A DNA stretch of 64,000 nt, taken from the NCBI GenBank assembly GCA_963703435.1, contig CAVPEJ010000002.1, positions 1,179,328-1,243,327 of the forward strand, in the 5' to 3' direction. The position numbers and the translations under genes were made by a program. This stretch comes from an uncultured Thermoleophilia bacterium. Its GTDB lineage: Bacteria; Actinomycetota; Thermoleophilia; Gaiellales; Gaiellaceae. Of the stretch, positions 36,121-45,092 are shown in pieces. The stretch's first letter is position 1; the number at the start of each line of letters is the position of its first letter. The notes below the pieces were generated by a model. It saw nothing but the letters and a program-made list of their open reading frames with translations. It ran no database searches and was not told the DNA's origin.

Positions 36121-37416
36121 GTGGGAGACCTCTTCTCCGAGGCAGCGTCGCGGCGGCTCGGTGCGACCGCACCGCTGGCCCAACGGCTCCGGCCGGCGAC
36201 CCTCGACGAGTTCGTCGGGCAGGAGCACGTGGTCGGCGAGGGCCGCGCGCTGCGGCTCGCGATCGCCGGCGACCGCGTCCCGTCGCTCGTGCTGTTCGGG
36301 CCGCCCGGGTCGGGGAAGACGACGCTCGCGCGGATCGTCGCGGCGACCACCGGCGCCGAGTTCGAGGAGCTCTCGGCCGTCTCGGCCACGGTGGCGCAGG
36401 TACGGGACGTGCTCGCCCGCGCGCGCGAGCGCCTCGGTGCGAGCGGGAAGCGCACGATCCTCTTCCTCGACGAGATCCACCGCTTCAACAAGGCGCAGCA
36501 GGACGCGCTGCTCCCCGGAGTCGAGAGCGGGCTTCTGACGCTGATCGGTGCGACCACGGAGAACCCGTACTTCGAGGTGAACTCCGCGCTCCTGTCGCGC
36601 CTGCAGCTGTACGAGCTCGAACCGCTCTCCGAGGACGACATCGCGCGCGTCGTCGATCGTGGCGCCGCAGAGCTCGGCGTCGCACTCGGCGAGGAGGTGC
36701 GCGGGCTGATCGCTCGGCGCGCCGGCGGCGACGCCCGCTCGGCACTCGGGATCCTCGAGCTCGCAGCCGAGACCGCAGAGGCAGAAGGCACCCAGCTCGC
36801 GGCGTCTCACGTCGACGATGCGGCGCGCAAGCGGCCTCTGCTCTACGACAAGGCCGGTGACGCCCACTACGACCTGATCTCCGCGTGGATCAAGTCGACG
36901 CGTGCCGGCGACGTCCAGGCGTCCGTCTACTACCTCGCGGCGATGCTCGAGGGCGGCGAAGACGCGCGCTTCCTCGCGCGGCGCATGATCGTGCTCGCGT
37001 CCGAGGACATCGGCAACGCGGATCCGCAGGCGCTGCTCGTCGCGGTTGCAGCCGCGGGCGCCGTCGAGCACGTCGGGCTCCCAGAGGCCCGGCACTCGCT
37101 CGCACAGGCGGCCGTCTACCTCGCGCGCGCGCCGAAGTCGAACGCGTCGACCGTTGCGCTCGGGCGGGCGGTCGCGGACGTCCGCGAGCACGGCCTGCTC
37201 ACGCCGCCGGCAGAGCTCAGGTCGGCTGGCTACGCGGGCGCGAAGAAGCTCGGGCGCGGCGAAGGGTACCGCTACCCGCACGACGATCCGGAGGGCTTCG
37301 CAGCCGACTGCCTCCCGGAGCGGCTGCGGGGCCGCGTCTACTACGAGCCGTCGGGCCACGGCGTCGAGCAGCCGGTCGAGCGCTCGGCAGACGCCGGCGC
37401 CGACAACCCTCCCTAG
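36121..37416 (+). CDS. rarA: replication-associated recombination protein A (AAA+ ATPase)
   Basis: Trimmed to GTG 36121. Contains LFGPPGSGKTTLA, FLDEIHRFNKAQQDALLP and GATTENPYFEVNSAL. Confidence 0.9.
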   Translation: MGDLFSEAASRRLGATAPLAQRLRPATLDEFVGQEHVVGEGRALRLAIAGDRVPSLVLFGPPGSGKTTLARIVAATTGAEFEELSAVSATVAQVRDVLARARERLGASGKRTILFLDEIHRFNKAQQDALLPGVESGLLTLIGATTENPYFEVNSALLSRLQLYELEPLSEDDIARVVDRGAAELGVALGEEVRGLIARRAGGDARSALGILELAAETAEAEGTQLAASHVDDAARKRPLLYDKAGDAHYDLISAWIKSTRAGDVQASVYYLAAMLEGGEDARFLARRMIVLASEDIGNADPQALLVAVAAAGAVEHVGLPEARHSLAQAAVYLARAPKSNASTVALGRAVADVREHGLLTPPAELRSAGYAGAKKLGRGEGYRYPHDDPEGFAADCLPERLRGRVYYEPSGHGVEQPVERSADAGADNPP

Positions 37417-38306
37417 AGGATCCGCGCGCCGAGCGCGCTCGCGACGAGCTCGACGGCGAGCGTCCCGGTCTCGTTCTCGCGGTCGAGGATCGGGTTCACC
37501 TCGACGACGTCGAGGGAGTCCGCGAGCCCCGACTCGGCGACCAGCTCGAGCGCGAGGTGCGCCTCGCGATAGGAGAGGCCGCCGCGCACGGGCGTGCCGA
37601 CGCCCGGTGCGAACATCGGGTCGACAGCGTCGAGGTCGAGGCTGACGTGCACGAACGCCGACCCGCGCAGGAAGTCGAGCGCCTCGCGCATGCACACCTG
37701 GACGCCCCGCTCGTCGAGCTCCTTCATCGTGTAGACGCGCAGGCCGAGCTCACGAATCAGCGCACGCTCGCCCGGATCGAGTGACCGGGTGCCGAACAAG
37801 GCGGCTCTGGTGACCGATGGGGTCGGATAGGACGCCGCCAGGAACGAGTCGCCGCCGGCGCCGAGTGCGGCGGCGAGCGGCATTCCGTGCACGTTGCCCG
37901 TCGGCGAGGTGTGCGGCCGGTTGAGATCGCCGTGCGCATCGATCCAGAGGACACCGCCGGCGCCACGCGCCGCCGCCATTCCCCCGAGCGTTCCCATCGC
38001 GATCGAGTGGTCACCGCCGAGGACGAGCGGGAGTTGCCCGCGCGACGACGCGCCTGCGACGCGCTCCGCAACGAGCTCGCAGGCCATCAGGATCGCACCG
38101 AGATAGTGCGCGTTGCCCTCGCCGGCCTCGATCGCCTCGGGGACGGGCGACGGGATGTCTCCGGAGTCGGCGACGTCGAGGCCGATCGCCGACAGCCGGG
38201 CGGCGAGCCCTGCGTAGCGGATCGCCGACGGCCCCATGTCGACACCGCGACGGCCGGCACCGAGGTCGAGCCCGGCGCCGATCACGGCCACCGTGCGGCC
38301 GCTCAC
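37413..38306 (-). CDS. rocF: arginase
   Basis: Contains GGDHSIAMG, WIDAHGDLNRPHTSPTGNVHGMPLA, SLDLDAVDP and EVNP. GTG 38306 forms a GTGA overlap with the ahcY stop. Its stop shares CTAG with the rarA stop. Confidence 0.88.
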   Translation of the reverse strand: MSGRTVAVIGAGLDLGAGRRGVDMGPSAIRYAGLAARLSAIGLDVADSGDIPSPVPEAIEAGEGNAHYLGAILMACELVAERVAGASSRGQLPLVLGGDHSIAMGTLGGMAAARGAGGVLWIDAHGDLNRPHTSPTGNVHGMPLAAALGAGGDSFLAASYPTPSVTRAALFGTRSLDPGERALIRELGLRVYTMKELDERGVQVCMREALDFLRGSAFVHVSLDLDAVDPMFAPGVGTPVRGGLSYREAHLALELVAESGLADSLDVVEVNPILDRENETGTLAVELVASALGARIL

Positions 38307-39568
38307 TCGACTCGCCACCCTGCGCGCGCGCGCCGCTGCGCGTCGGTCAGCGCGTCGAGCTCGATGCCGAGCGTCCGGAGCTTCGTGCGTGCGATCAGGT
38401 CGTCGAACTCGTCGGGGAAGCGGTTGACGCCCGGCGGGAACCGGCCCGCAGCAAGCTCGCGCACCGACAGCGCCTGCACCGAGAACGACAGATCCATGAT
38501 CTCGATCGGATTGCCGTCGAGCCCGGCGATGTTGACGAGAGCGCCGTCCACGAGCACGTGCACCTTACGGTCGCCGAGGCGATAGGTCACGACACCGTCG
38601 CGTGCCGCGTCCGTCTCGTCCGCGGCGCCAGCGATCGCGGCGACGTCGATCTCGCGGTCGGAATGGCCCGCGTTGGCGAGCAACGCGCCGTCCTTGAGCA
38701 GCGGCACGGCAGCGGCGCCGACCGCCTCGACGAGACCTGTGGCGGTGAGCACGACGTCCGCGTCGGGAAGCGCTTGCGCGAGCGGTGCGACGCGGTGCCC
38801 GTCCATATGCGCGACGAGTGCGCGAACGGGGTCCACCTCGACGACCGTGATCCGCCCGCCGAGCCCGTCGGCGGCGCGAGCGAGGCCACGGCCTACGTGG
38901 CCGTAGCCGACGATGCAGAACTCGCGGCCCGCCGCAAGGACGTTGGTGAGCGCGAGCAGTGCGGTGAGCGTCGTCTGCCCGGTGCCGTACGGGTTGTCGA
39001 AGAGGTGCTTGCACCGCGCGTCGTTGGCGGCGACGGCCGGGAACGGGAGGCGGCCTGCCGTCTCGAGCGCGCGCAGCCGGGCGACGCCGGTCGTCGTCTC
39101 CTCGCTGACGCCGGCGAGCCGCGCGTACGCCTCCGGCCGGTGCTGCTCGGTCCGCCGGGTCAGCTCGAGACCGTCGTCGATCACGAGCTCCGGGGACGTC
39201 TCGGCGACGGCGATCAGGTCGGCGGTGAACTCTTCGGCCCCCACGCCGTGGCGCGCGTGCACCTCGATGCCGCGCGCGACCAGCGCGGCGCACACGGCGT
39301 CCTGCGTCGAGAGCGCGTTCGACCCCGCAGCGACGACCTGCGCGCCTGCCTCGGCGAGCGCGAGCACGAGACAGGCGGTCTTGGCCTCGAGGTGGACGAC
39401 GACCGCGACGCGCCGACCGCGCAGCGATCCGTCGCCGAGCTCGGTCCGGCCGAGCTGCTCGAGCACCGGCATGTGCTGCCGGGCCCAGGCGATCCGCCGC
39501 TCGCCCTCCGGCGCGAGGCCGACGTCGGCGATCCGCGACCGCCCGGCGACCTCGGTGGGCGTGATCAA
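38303..39568 (-). CDS. ahcY: adenosylhomocysteinase (short, archaeal-like type)
   Basis: Contains GSNALSTQD, SEETTTGV, FDNPYGTGQT, GYGHVGRG and NAGHSDREID. TTG 39568 is the only in-frame start upstream of the conserved N-terminus. Confidence 0.88.
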   Translation of the reverse strand: MITPTEVAGRSRIADVGLAPEGERRIAWARQHMPVLEQLGRTELGDGSLRGRRVAVVVHLEAKTACLVLALAEAGAQVVAAGSNALSTQDAVCAALVARGIEVHARHGVGAEEFTADLIAVAETSPELVIDDGLELTRRTEQHRPEAYARLAGVSEETTTGVARLRALETAGRLPFPAVAANDARCKHLFDNPYGTGQTTLTALLALTNVLAAGREFCIVGYGHVGRGLARAADGLGGRITVVEVDPVRALVAHMDGHRVAPLAQALPDADVVLTATGLVEAVGAAAVPLLKDGALLANAGHSDREIDVAAIAGAADETDAARDGVVTYRLGDRKVHVLVDGALVNIAGLDGNPIEIMDLSFSVQALSVRELAAGRFPPGVNRFPDEFDDLIARTKLRTLGIELDALTDAQRRARAGWRVE

Positions 39569-39569
39569 G

Positions 39570-39642
39570 TGGCGAGGGCCGGACTTGAACCGGCGACACC
39601 ACGGTTTTCAGCCGTGTGCTCTACCAACTGAGCTACCTCGCC
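39570..39642 (-). tRNA. tRNA-Phe (anticodon GAA), CCA not encoded
   Basis: The manual cloverleaf fold has acceptor GGCGAGG/CCTCGCC and D arm GCTC-AGTTGGTA-GAGC. The anticodon arm is CACGG-CTGAAAA-CCGTG, the T arm is GCCGG-TTCAAGT-CCGGC, and the discriminator is A. Total 73 nt. Confidence 0.93.
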
Positions 39643-39662
39643 CGAAGGGACTGCAGCGTAGC

Positions 39663-41954
39663 TCACTTGACGATCGCCTCCAGGTCGAGGTGCCCGCGCA
39701 ATCCGGTCAGATCGAGCGTGTCGCTGCGCCGGTCGACGCGCGCCGCGACGCCGTTGACGCGGACCGCGGCCAGGTGCTCGCCCGACGGCAAGCGCAGCCG
39801 CAACTCGAGCGATGCCGGAGCCGGGCGCGCGGGCGGATCGATGCTCCCCTGGAGCACCGACCCCTGGCGGGAGAGCGAGAACGACACCGGCCCGAAGCTC
39901 GTCGGTGCGTCCTGCACGCTGATCGACTGGCCGTCCGTCAACCACGGCCGCGGCGTCGAGAAGGCGAGCTCGAGCCCGAGCGGCGCGCCATCCGGGCCGC
40001 GCGTCTCGTGGATCAGCAGCAGCCGGAGGTTCTCGAGAAACGCCGCGTTCGCACCGCCGTTCGGGGGCTGGTACATCGCCCGGTAGAGCAGCCCGTGCAG
40101 AGGCGTCACGCTCGCGCTCTCCCCGGACACGAACGTGTCTGGCGTCATCGCGACACCGAGCATCCCGTAGAGCGAGAGGACGAGCTGGTCGGGTTGGTCG
40201 GAGTCGGCGAGGAAGCGGTCGACGTTGACGCCGTAGACCTGGTCGATGCCCGAGGTGGGCGCAGGCGGGTACTGCCCGTACAGTCTTGTCGCGCCCGCGC
40301 GCACGAGCCCGAGCAACCGTCCGCCGTGGCCGAGCAGGTAGCGCAGCACGCCGCGCGAGACCGGGCCGTGCGGCGGGAACAGCCCCGACGCGAGCGCGTA
40401 CGGCATCACGAGGTTCCAGTACGTCCCGGCCCGCGAGAGTGCCAGGCTCGGATACGGCCGCTCGCCGGTGAGCAGCGCCGCCGGGACGAAGACCGACCCG
40501 TCGGCTGCGCGACGGGCGGACGCCGCGACGGCCGCGTCGAGGCCGGCCCGCAGACGGGCTGCGAGCGTGCGGCCAAGCGCGGCGAGCCCGGGGTGCCCCG
40601 TCACCGCCCACACGCGGCCGAGCGCGGCGAGCCCCTGCCACACGACGGCCTGCCCGTGCAGCGCGTACACCTCGCGACCGACGTCCGACGAGAACGGCTC
40701 GCGTGCGAGCAGGCCGCTTCGGCTCTCGTCGAGCTGGCGGCCGATCGCGCGGACGAGCTCCGCCAGGCGCGGGGTCTCGGCGTCCAGGAACGGACGGTTG
40801 AGCGCCAGCCGGTAGAGATCGGCGTGCGCGACGAGGAGCGCGCCCGCGCGCCAGTTCGTGAAGCGCTGCGGCAACCGGCGCAAGGCGAGGCGCAACACGG
40901 TCTGCGCGACGTCCGGATGCCCGTACGCGGCCATCACGCGGGCGACGTCCGCGGCCTCGGCGAACGACAGCTCTTCGTACGGGTTGCCCGCGCTGTAGCG
41001 CCACGTGAGGAGCAGCTCCTGCACGAGCAGCGCCTGCTCCGCCGACTGCACGTGCTCGTCGGGAACGTCGAACACGGTCCCGTCGTCGAGCCGCGCGAGC
41101 CAGTAGTTCGCCACACCCGAGCGCGCGATCGCGTACGCACGCTCGCCGACCTGGAGCGGCCGCCCATCGTTCGGCCCGCTCGGGACGGCCGCGTAGACGT
41201 CCGACTCGGTGCCGGCGGGAACGTCGAACCTGACACTCGAGCCGTCGACGGTCCCCGTTCCGCTCCAGACGAGCCGCGTCGAACCGTGCGCGAGCAGCTG
41301 GTCTCCCTTCGCGACCAGCCCGCCGGGAAACGCCGACAGCTTCACGGCGACGTCCGACGTGGCCGCCGTCGCATCGACGTGCACGTGCAGGAAGCTGAGC
41401 GAAATCGTCCCGTACATGCGGCCGACGAACGACTCCTGCTCGTAGCGGGCGCCGGCAGCATCGGTATAGGTCGTGTCGAGGATCGGCAGGTAGCCGTCGC
41501 CGAGCTTCGCCGGCCCGAGCCGGTCGAGGCACGACCCGTACCGCTCGTTGCCGTCCGGGCCGACGTCGACCGTCACGCTCTTGCCGCCGACGCGGCGAAC
41601 GATGATCTCGCTGCCGTCGGCGACATGCAGCGCGAACAACCTGCCACCGTTGACGTTGAACGGATAGGCGAACGGGAGGTAGTAGACGCCCGAGTCCGTC
41701 ATCTTCGCGCCCCCGCGCCCGACCGCGTAGAGGAGCGGCGCCAACACCGCACGGGCGCGGTCGTACGTCGGACCGCCGGGAGCCTGCAGGAGGCGTCGCC
41801 CCCAGACGTCGCGGTGCGCCGACAGGGCCGCGCGCACCGAGCGCGCGTAGGCGGGCGAGGCGGAAGGCGGAGCGCAGGAGGCTCGCGCGGCGCCGTGCGC
41901 AGCACCACCGGCCACCACGAGCACGACTGCTCCGCAGGCCACGAGCAGGCGCAA
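39663..41954 (-). CDS. large secreted protein of unknown function (possible alpha/alpha-barrel glycosidase-like core)
   Basis: The 831-aa track ORF is trimmed to TTG 41954, which gives a signal peptide M-RLLVACGAVVLVVAGGAAHGAARA. GC3-rich throughout. I recognised no confident domain. The start is uncertain. Confidence 0.65.
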   Translation of the reverse strand: MRLLVACGAVVLVVAGGAAHGAARASCAPPSASPAYARSVRAALSAHRDVWGRRLLQAPGGPTYDRARAVLAPLLYAVGRGGAKMTDSGVYYLPFAYPFNVNGGRLFALHVADGSEIIVRRVGGKSVTVDVGPDGNERYGSCLDRLGPAKLGDGYLPILDTTYTDAAGARYEQESFVGRMYGTISLSFLHVHVDATAATSDVAVKLSAFPGGLVAKGDQLLAHGSTRLVWSGTGTVDGSSVRFDVPAGTESDVYAAVPSGPNDGRPLQVGERAYAIARSGVANYWLARLDDGTVFDVPDEHVQSAEQALLVQELLLTWRYSAGNPYEELSFAEAADVARVMAAYGHPDVAQTVLRLALRRLPQRFTNWRAGALLVAHADLYRLALNRPFLDAETPRLAELVRAIGRQLDESRSGLLAREPFSSDVGREVYALHGQAVVWQGLAALGRVWAVTGHPGLAALGRTLAARLRAGLDAAVAASARRAADGSVFVPAALLTGERPYPSLALSRAGTYWNLVMPYALASGLFPPHGPVSRGVLRYLLGHGGRLLGLVRAGATRLYGQYPPAPTSGIDQVYGVNVDRFLADSDQPDQLVLSLYGMLGVAMTPDTFVSGESASVTPLHGLLYRAMYQPPNGGANAAFLENLRLLLIHETRGPDGAPLGLELAFSTPRPWLTDGQSISVQDAPTSFGPVSFSLSRQGSVLQGSIDPPARPAPASLELRLRLPSGEHLAAVRVNGVAARVDRRSDTLDLTGLRGHLDLEAIVK

Positions 41955-42009
41955 AAAAGAGACGTCCGGACCGGTGCTACCGCGTCGCGAACGTCCCTGT
42001 GGCCGAACC

Positions 42010-42633
42010 TTAAGACGGAGGCTCACGCCGGGCAAGCAGCGCCAAGCCGGCGCCGGCCGAGAAGTTCGCAATGTGCGTGAAGCCTCGCTGCTCGAGCTCT
42101 GCCTGCACGCGCTCGAGCGGTACCCAGATCGGCGTCTGGGGCCCTCGCGAAAACGCAACGGCGACGTGGCCCCCCGGCGCGGTGACGCGCGCGAGCTCGT
42201 CGAAGAACGGGATCATGTTGAGCTGCGCGACGAGGTCGAACGAGCCGTCCTCGTAGGGAAGCGCAGTCGCGTCGGCGACCTCGTAGCGCTCGCGCTCGGT
42301 GGTCGCCCGCGCTCTGGCGTCGGCGATCATCGGTGCGGACGCGTCGACGCCGAGCACCGAGGCTGTCGCAAAGCGTGCGGCGATCGCCCGCGCCCCGGCG
42401 CCGGTGCCCGTGCCGAGGTCGAGCGCGTGCGCGGGCTCGCCCGGGACCGCGGCGAGGACCGCGTCGAGTGGAGCAACGTGCTGCGGCGTGACGCGCCTCG
42501 CGTCCCACTCCGACGCCATCGAGTCGAACGTCCAGACGAACGGGCGCCGCAGGACGCGCCACAGCCCGGGCCGCGCCGTGACGAGCCGCGTGACGAGCCG
42601 CGCGAAGCGCTGCCGCAGGCGAAGGTCGATCAT
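42010..42633 (-). CDS. class I SAM-dependent methyltransferase
   Basis: Contains ALDLGTGTGAGA and SFDLVAQLNMIPF. ATGA overlap with the upstream gene. Confidence 0.75.
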   Translation of the reverse strand: MIDLRLRQRFARLVTRLVTARPGLWRVLRRPFVWTFDSMASEWDARRVTPQHVAPLDAVLAAVPGEPAHALDLGTGTGAGARAIAARFATASVLGVDASAPMIADARARATTERERYEVADATALPYEDGSFDLVAQLNMIPFFDELARVTAPGGHVAVAFSRGPQTPIWVPLERVQAELEQRGFTHIANFSAGAGLALLARREPPS

Positions 42634-43430
42634 GTGCGCGCGATCCGGAGCTCGTCTCCCGGCCCGACGCCCGTCAGCCGTGCGGCGTTGCCCTGGCTGA
42701 TCGCGAGCGTCATCAGTCCGTACGAGTCCTCGTAGAGGATCAGCTCGCCCGAGGGGGCATCCGCGAACGTCCCGGCGACGACCGCGAAGTACCGGTCGAG
42801 CTGCAGGCGCACCTCGACGCGATCGCCCTCAGCGATCTCGAGCGCATCGATCTCGCCTCGACCGACGTTGGTCGCGATGTTGCCGAACCGGTCGACGATC
42901 AGCACCGTCCCGCGAACCTGGGAGCGGCCGGCCTCGGGCAGCGGCACCTCGAGTCGAACGAGCGTCGCCGGGTCGACCGCGGGCCCGAGCTCGCCGATCG
43001 GCACCCCGGCCGCAAGATGCGCGGCCGCCGGAGCGAAGATGTCCCGCGCGTGGAAGGTGCGCGACACCTCCGCGAGCCGGTAGCGCGGATCGGTCAGCTC
43101 ATGGGCGGCCTCGATGCCGAGCTCGTCGGCAGCGAGCGCGAGCAGGCCGTTGTCGGGACCGACGAAGACGCGGCCGCCGGTCGTCGCGATCGCGACGGCG
43201 CGCCGGTTGCCGCCGACGTCGGGGTCGACGACGGCGAGGTGGACGCCGGTGGGCGTGTGGCGGATCGCGTTGCGCAGGACGAGCGCGCCCTGCAACACGG
43301 CCTGCGGGTCGATCCCGTGCGTGAGGTCGATCACGCGTGCATCCGGTGCGATGGTCGCGATCACGCCGTGGCAGGTCCCGACGAAGTCGTCCTGCAGGCC
43401 GAAATCGGTGAGGAAGGTGATCGTCGCCAT
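42630..43430 (-). CDS. SAM hydroxide adenosyltransferase/SAM hydrolase (DUF62, chlorinase/fluorinase family)
   Basis: Begins ITFLTDFGLQDDFVG and contains VVDPDVG, FHARDIFAPAAAHLA and VDRFGN. Confidence 0.85.
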   Translation of the reverse strand: MATITFLTDFGLQDDFVGTCHGVIATIAPDARVIDLTHGIDPQAVLQGALVLRNAIRHTPTGVHLAVVDPDVGGNRRAVAIATTGGRVFVGPDNGLLALAADELGIEAAHELTDPRYRLAEVSRTFHARDIFAPAAAHLAAGVPIGELGPAVDPATLVRLEVPLPEAGRSQVRGTVLIVDRFGNIATNVGRGEIDALEIAEGDRVEVRLQLDRYFAVVAGTFADAPSGELILYEDSYGLMTLAISQGNAARLTGVGPGDELRIART

Positions 43431-43437
43431 CGGCTTG

Positions 43438-44076
43438 TCAGGCGGACTCCATCAAATCGCGCACGGCCGCGACGAGCCCAGCGAGATCGTGCGTCGCCGC
43501 TTCGCGCACGACGTCGAGCCCCACGGAACGCGCGACCCGCGTCGTCTCGGGGCCGATCGTGACCACCGGCACGCTGCCGCCGGCCCCGGCATAGGCGCGC
43601 GCCGCCGACCCCGACGCGAGCACCACCACATCCGCGTCCGGCAGGTCGGGGCGCAGCAGCCGCGTGCGGTAGAGGGCGACGAAGTCTGCGCCGAGCTGCT
43701 CGACCGGCCCCGGGCGCGCACCCTCGGCCGCCGCGAAGAGCACACGCCCGGCCGGGCGCGGGAGCTCGGCGAGCAGGCCGTCCTGGGAGGACGTCGCGGG
43801 CACGAACGCCGGTTCGAGCCCGTGGCGGCGCAGCGCGTCCGCCGTGCCGGGGCCGACGGCGGCGAGGCGGGGCAGGTTGCGGCCGCGGCGGGCGAGCTCG
43901 CCCGCGCCGTTCGGGCTGGTGACGATCACCCAGTCGTACCCCGCACCGTCTACCGGTTCGTCCGACACGCGCTCGATCGCGATCAACGGGCACTCGACGA
44001 CGTCGAGCGGCAGAGCGCGCAGCTCGTCGACGAGGCCGGCAGCCTGGGCGTGCGCCCGCGTGACGAGCACCTTCAT
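43438..44076 (-). CDS. hemD: uroporphyrinogen-III synthase
   Basis: Trimmed to ATG 44076 (ATGA overlap with hemC). Begins MKVLVTRAHAQAAGLVDELR and contains VIVTSPNGA. Confidence 0.8.
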   Translation of the reverse strand: MKVLVTRAHAQAAGLVDELRALPLDVVECPLIAIERVSDEPVDGAGYDWVIVTSPNGAGELARRGRNLPRLAAVGPGTADALRRHGLEPAFVPATSSQDGLLAELPRPAGRVLFAAAEGARPGPVEQLGADFVALYRTRLLRPDLPDADVVVLASGSAARAYAGAGGSVPVVTIGPETTRVARSVGLDVVREAATHDLAGLVAAVRDLMESA

Positions 44077-44903
44077 CGGCCGGCGGCGAGCCGGACGAGC
44101 TCGCCGGCGAGGGCGAGCGGGTCGGCGCCCGAGCGTCGCTCGAGCCACGCGCCGTCCTCGTCCGCGACGAGCGCCTGGAGGACGGTCCCGTCGTGGTGTG
44201 CGGCGACCGGTGCGAGGCAGCCTGCGCCGATCGCCGCGACACACGCGCGCTCGGGCTCGACCCGGCGGCGCGTCTCCGCGTGGTCCGCAGCGGCGACGAG
44301 CTCCTCCTCGCCGAGGCGCACCTGCAGCGCGAGTGCCCCCTGCGCAGCCTCCGGGAGCATTTGCTCCGGCTCGAGCCGCGCGCCGATCTCAGCCGAGAGC
44401 CCGAGGCGGTCGAGGCCGCACGCTGCGAGGACGATCGCGTCGAGACCGCGTTCGCGCAGCTTCCGGAGCCGCGTGTCGACGTTGCCCCGCAACGGCTCGA
44501 TCGACAACGTCGGCTCGGCCGCGAGCAGCTGGGCCCGCCGGCGCGCGGATGCGGTGCCGATGCGCATGCCCGGACGAACGGCATCGGCGCCGATCAGCGC
44601 GTCCCGCGGGTCGTCGCGCTCGAGATACGCACCAACGACCAGCCCGTCGACGTCGGTCGACGTCATGTCCTTGGCCGAGTGCACCGCCACGTCGATGCGC
44701 CCTGCAAGCAGCGCCTCCTCGAGCTCCTTCACGAACACCCCGCGCGCACCGATCTCGCCGAACGGCTTGCTGCGGTCGCGGTCGCCCGCCGTCGTGATCG
44801 GCACGAACGCCACGTCCACGCCCGGCCCGCGCAACAGGCTCGCCGCCTGCTCGGCCTGCGTGAGCGCGAGCCTAGAGCCGCGAGACCCGACGCGAACGAG
44901 CAC
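44073..44903 (-). CDS. hemC: porphobilinogen deaminase (hydroxymethylbilane synthase)
   Basis: Begins VRVGSRGSRLALTQA and contains TTAGDRD, VHSAKDM and LRGNVDTRLRKL. Confidence 0.9.
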   Translation of the reverse strand: MLVRVGSRGSRLALTQAEQAASLLRGPGVDVAFVPITTAGDRDRSKPFGEIGARGVFVKELEEALLAGRIDVAVHSAKDMTSTDVDGLVVGAYLERDDPRDALIGADAVRPGMRIGTASARRRAQLLAAEPTLSIEPLRGNVDTRLRKLRERGLDAIVLAACGLDRLGLSAEIGARLEPEQMLPEAAQGALALQVRLGEEELVAAADHAETRRRVEPERACVAAIGAGCLAPVAAHHDGTVLQALVADEDGAWLERRSGADPLALAGELVRLAAGR

Positions 44904-45030
44904 AGTTCGACCTCGCCGCCCTCGAGCTGCGGCCGCAGGCGAGCGGACCTCGCCGCACGCGCAGGAACGCCGACGGCGCCACCACGGGGAGCGGGCGCTC
45001 GATCCGGCGGGGCTCGTCCTCGCTGAGGCG

Positions 45031-45092
45031 CTCCGGCGCCGGCCAAGCCGGCACCTCCGCTTCTTCCTCGCCTCCGTCGAGCCTACGGCTCA
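45031..45092 (-). repeat. REP-like bipartite palindromic element, copy downstream of hemA
   Basis: On the minus strand: TGAGCC-GTAGGCTCGACGGA-GGC... (45070-45092, TGA being the hemA stop), followed by GGTGCCGGC-TTG-GCCGGCGCC (45035-45055). Confidence 0.75.

Noticed and set aside
38913-42080. A 1055-aa + strand ORF, the longest in the track, opposite ahcY, tRNA-Phe and the secreted-protein gene.
   Set aside because: The composition is Arg/Pro/Ala/Gly-rich and low-complexity. It runs straight through a tRNA gene and is antisense to two ORFs with clear motifs. This is a typical high-GC shadow ORF.
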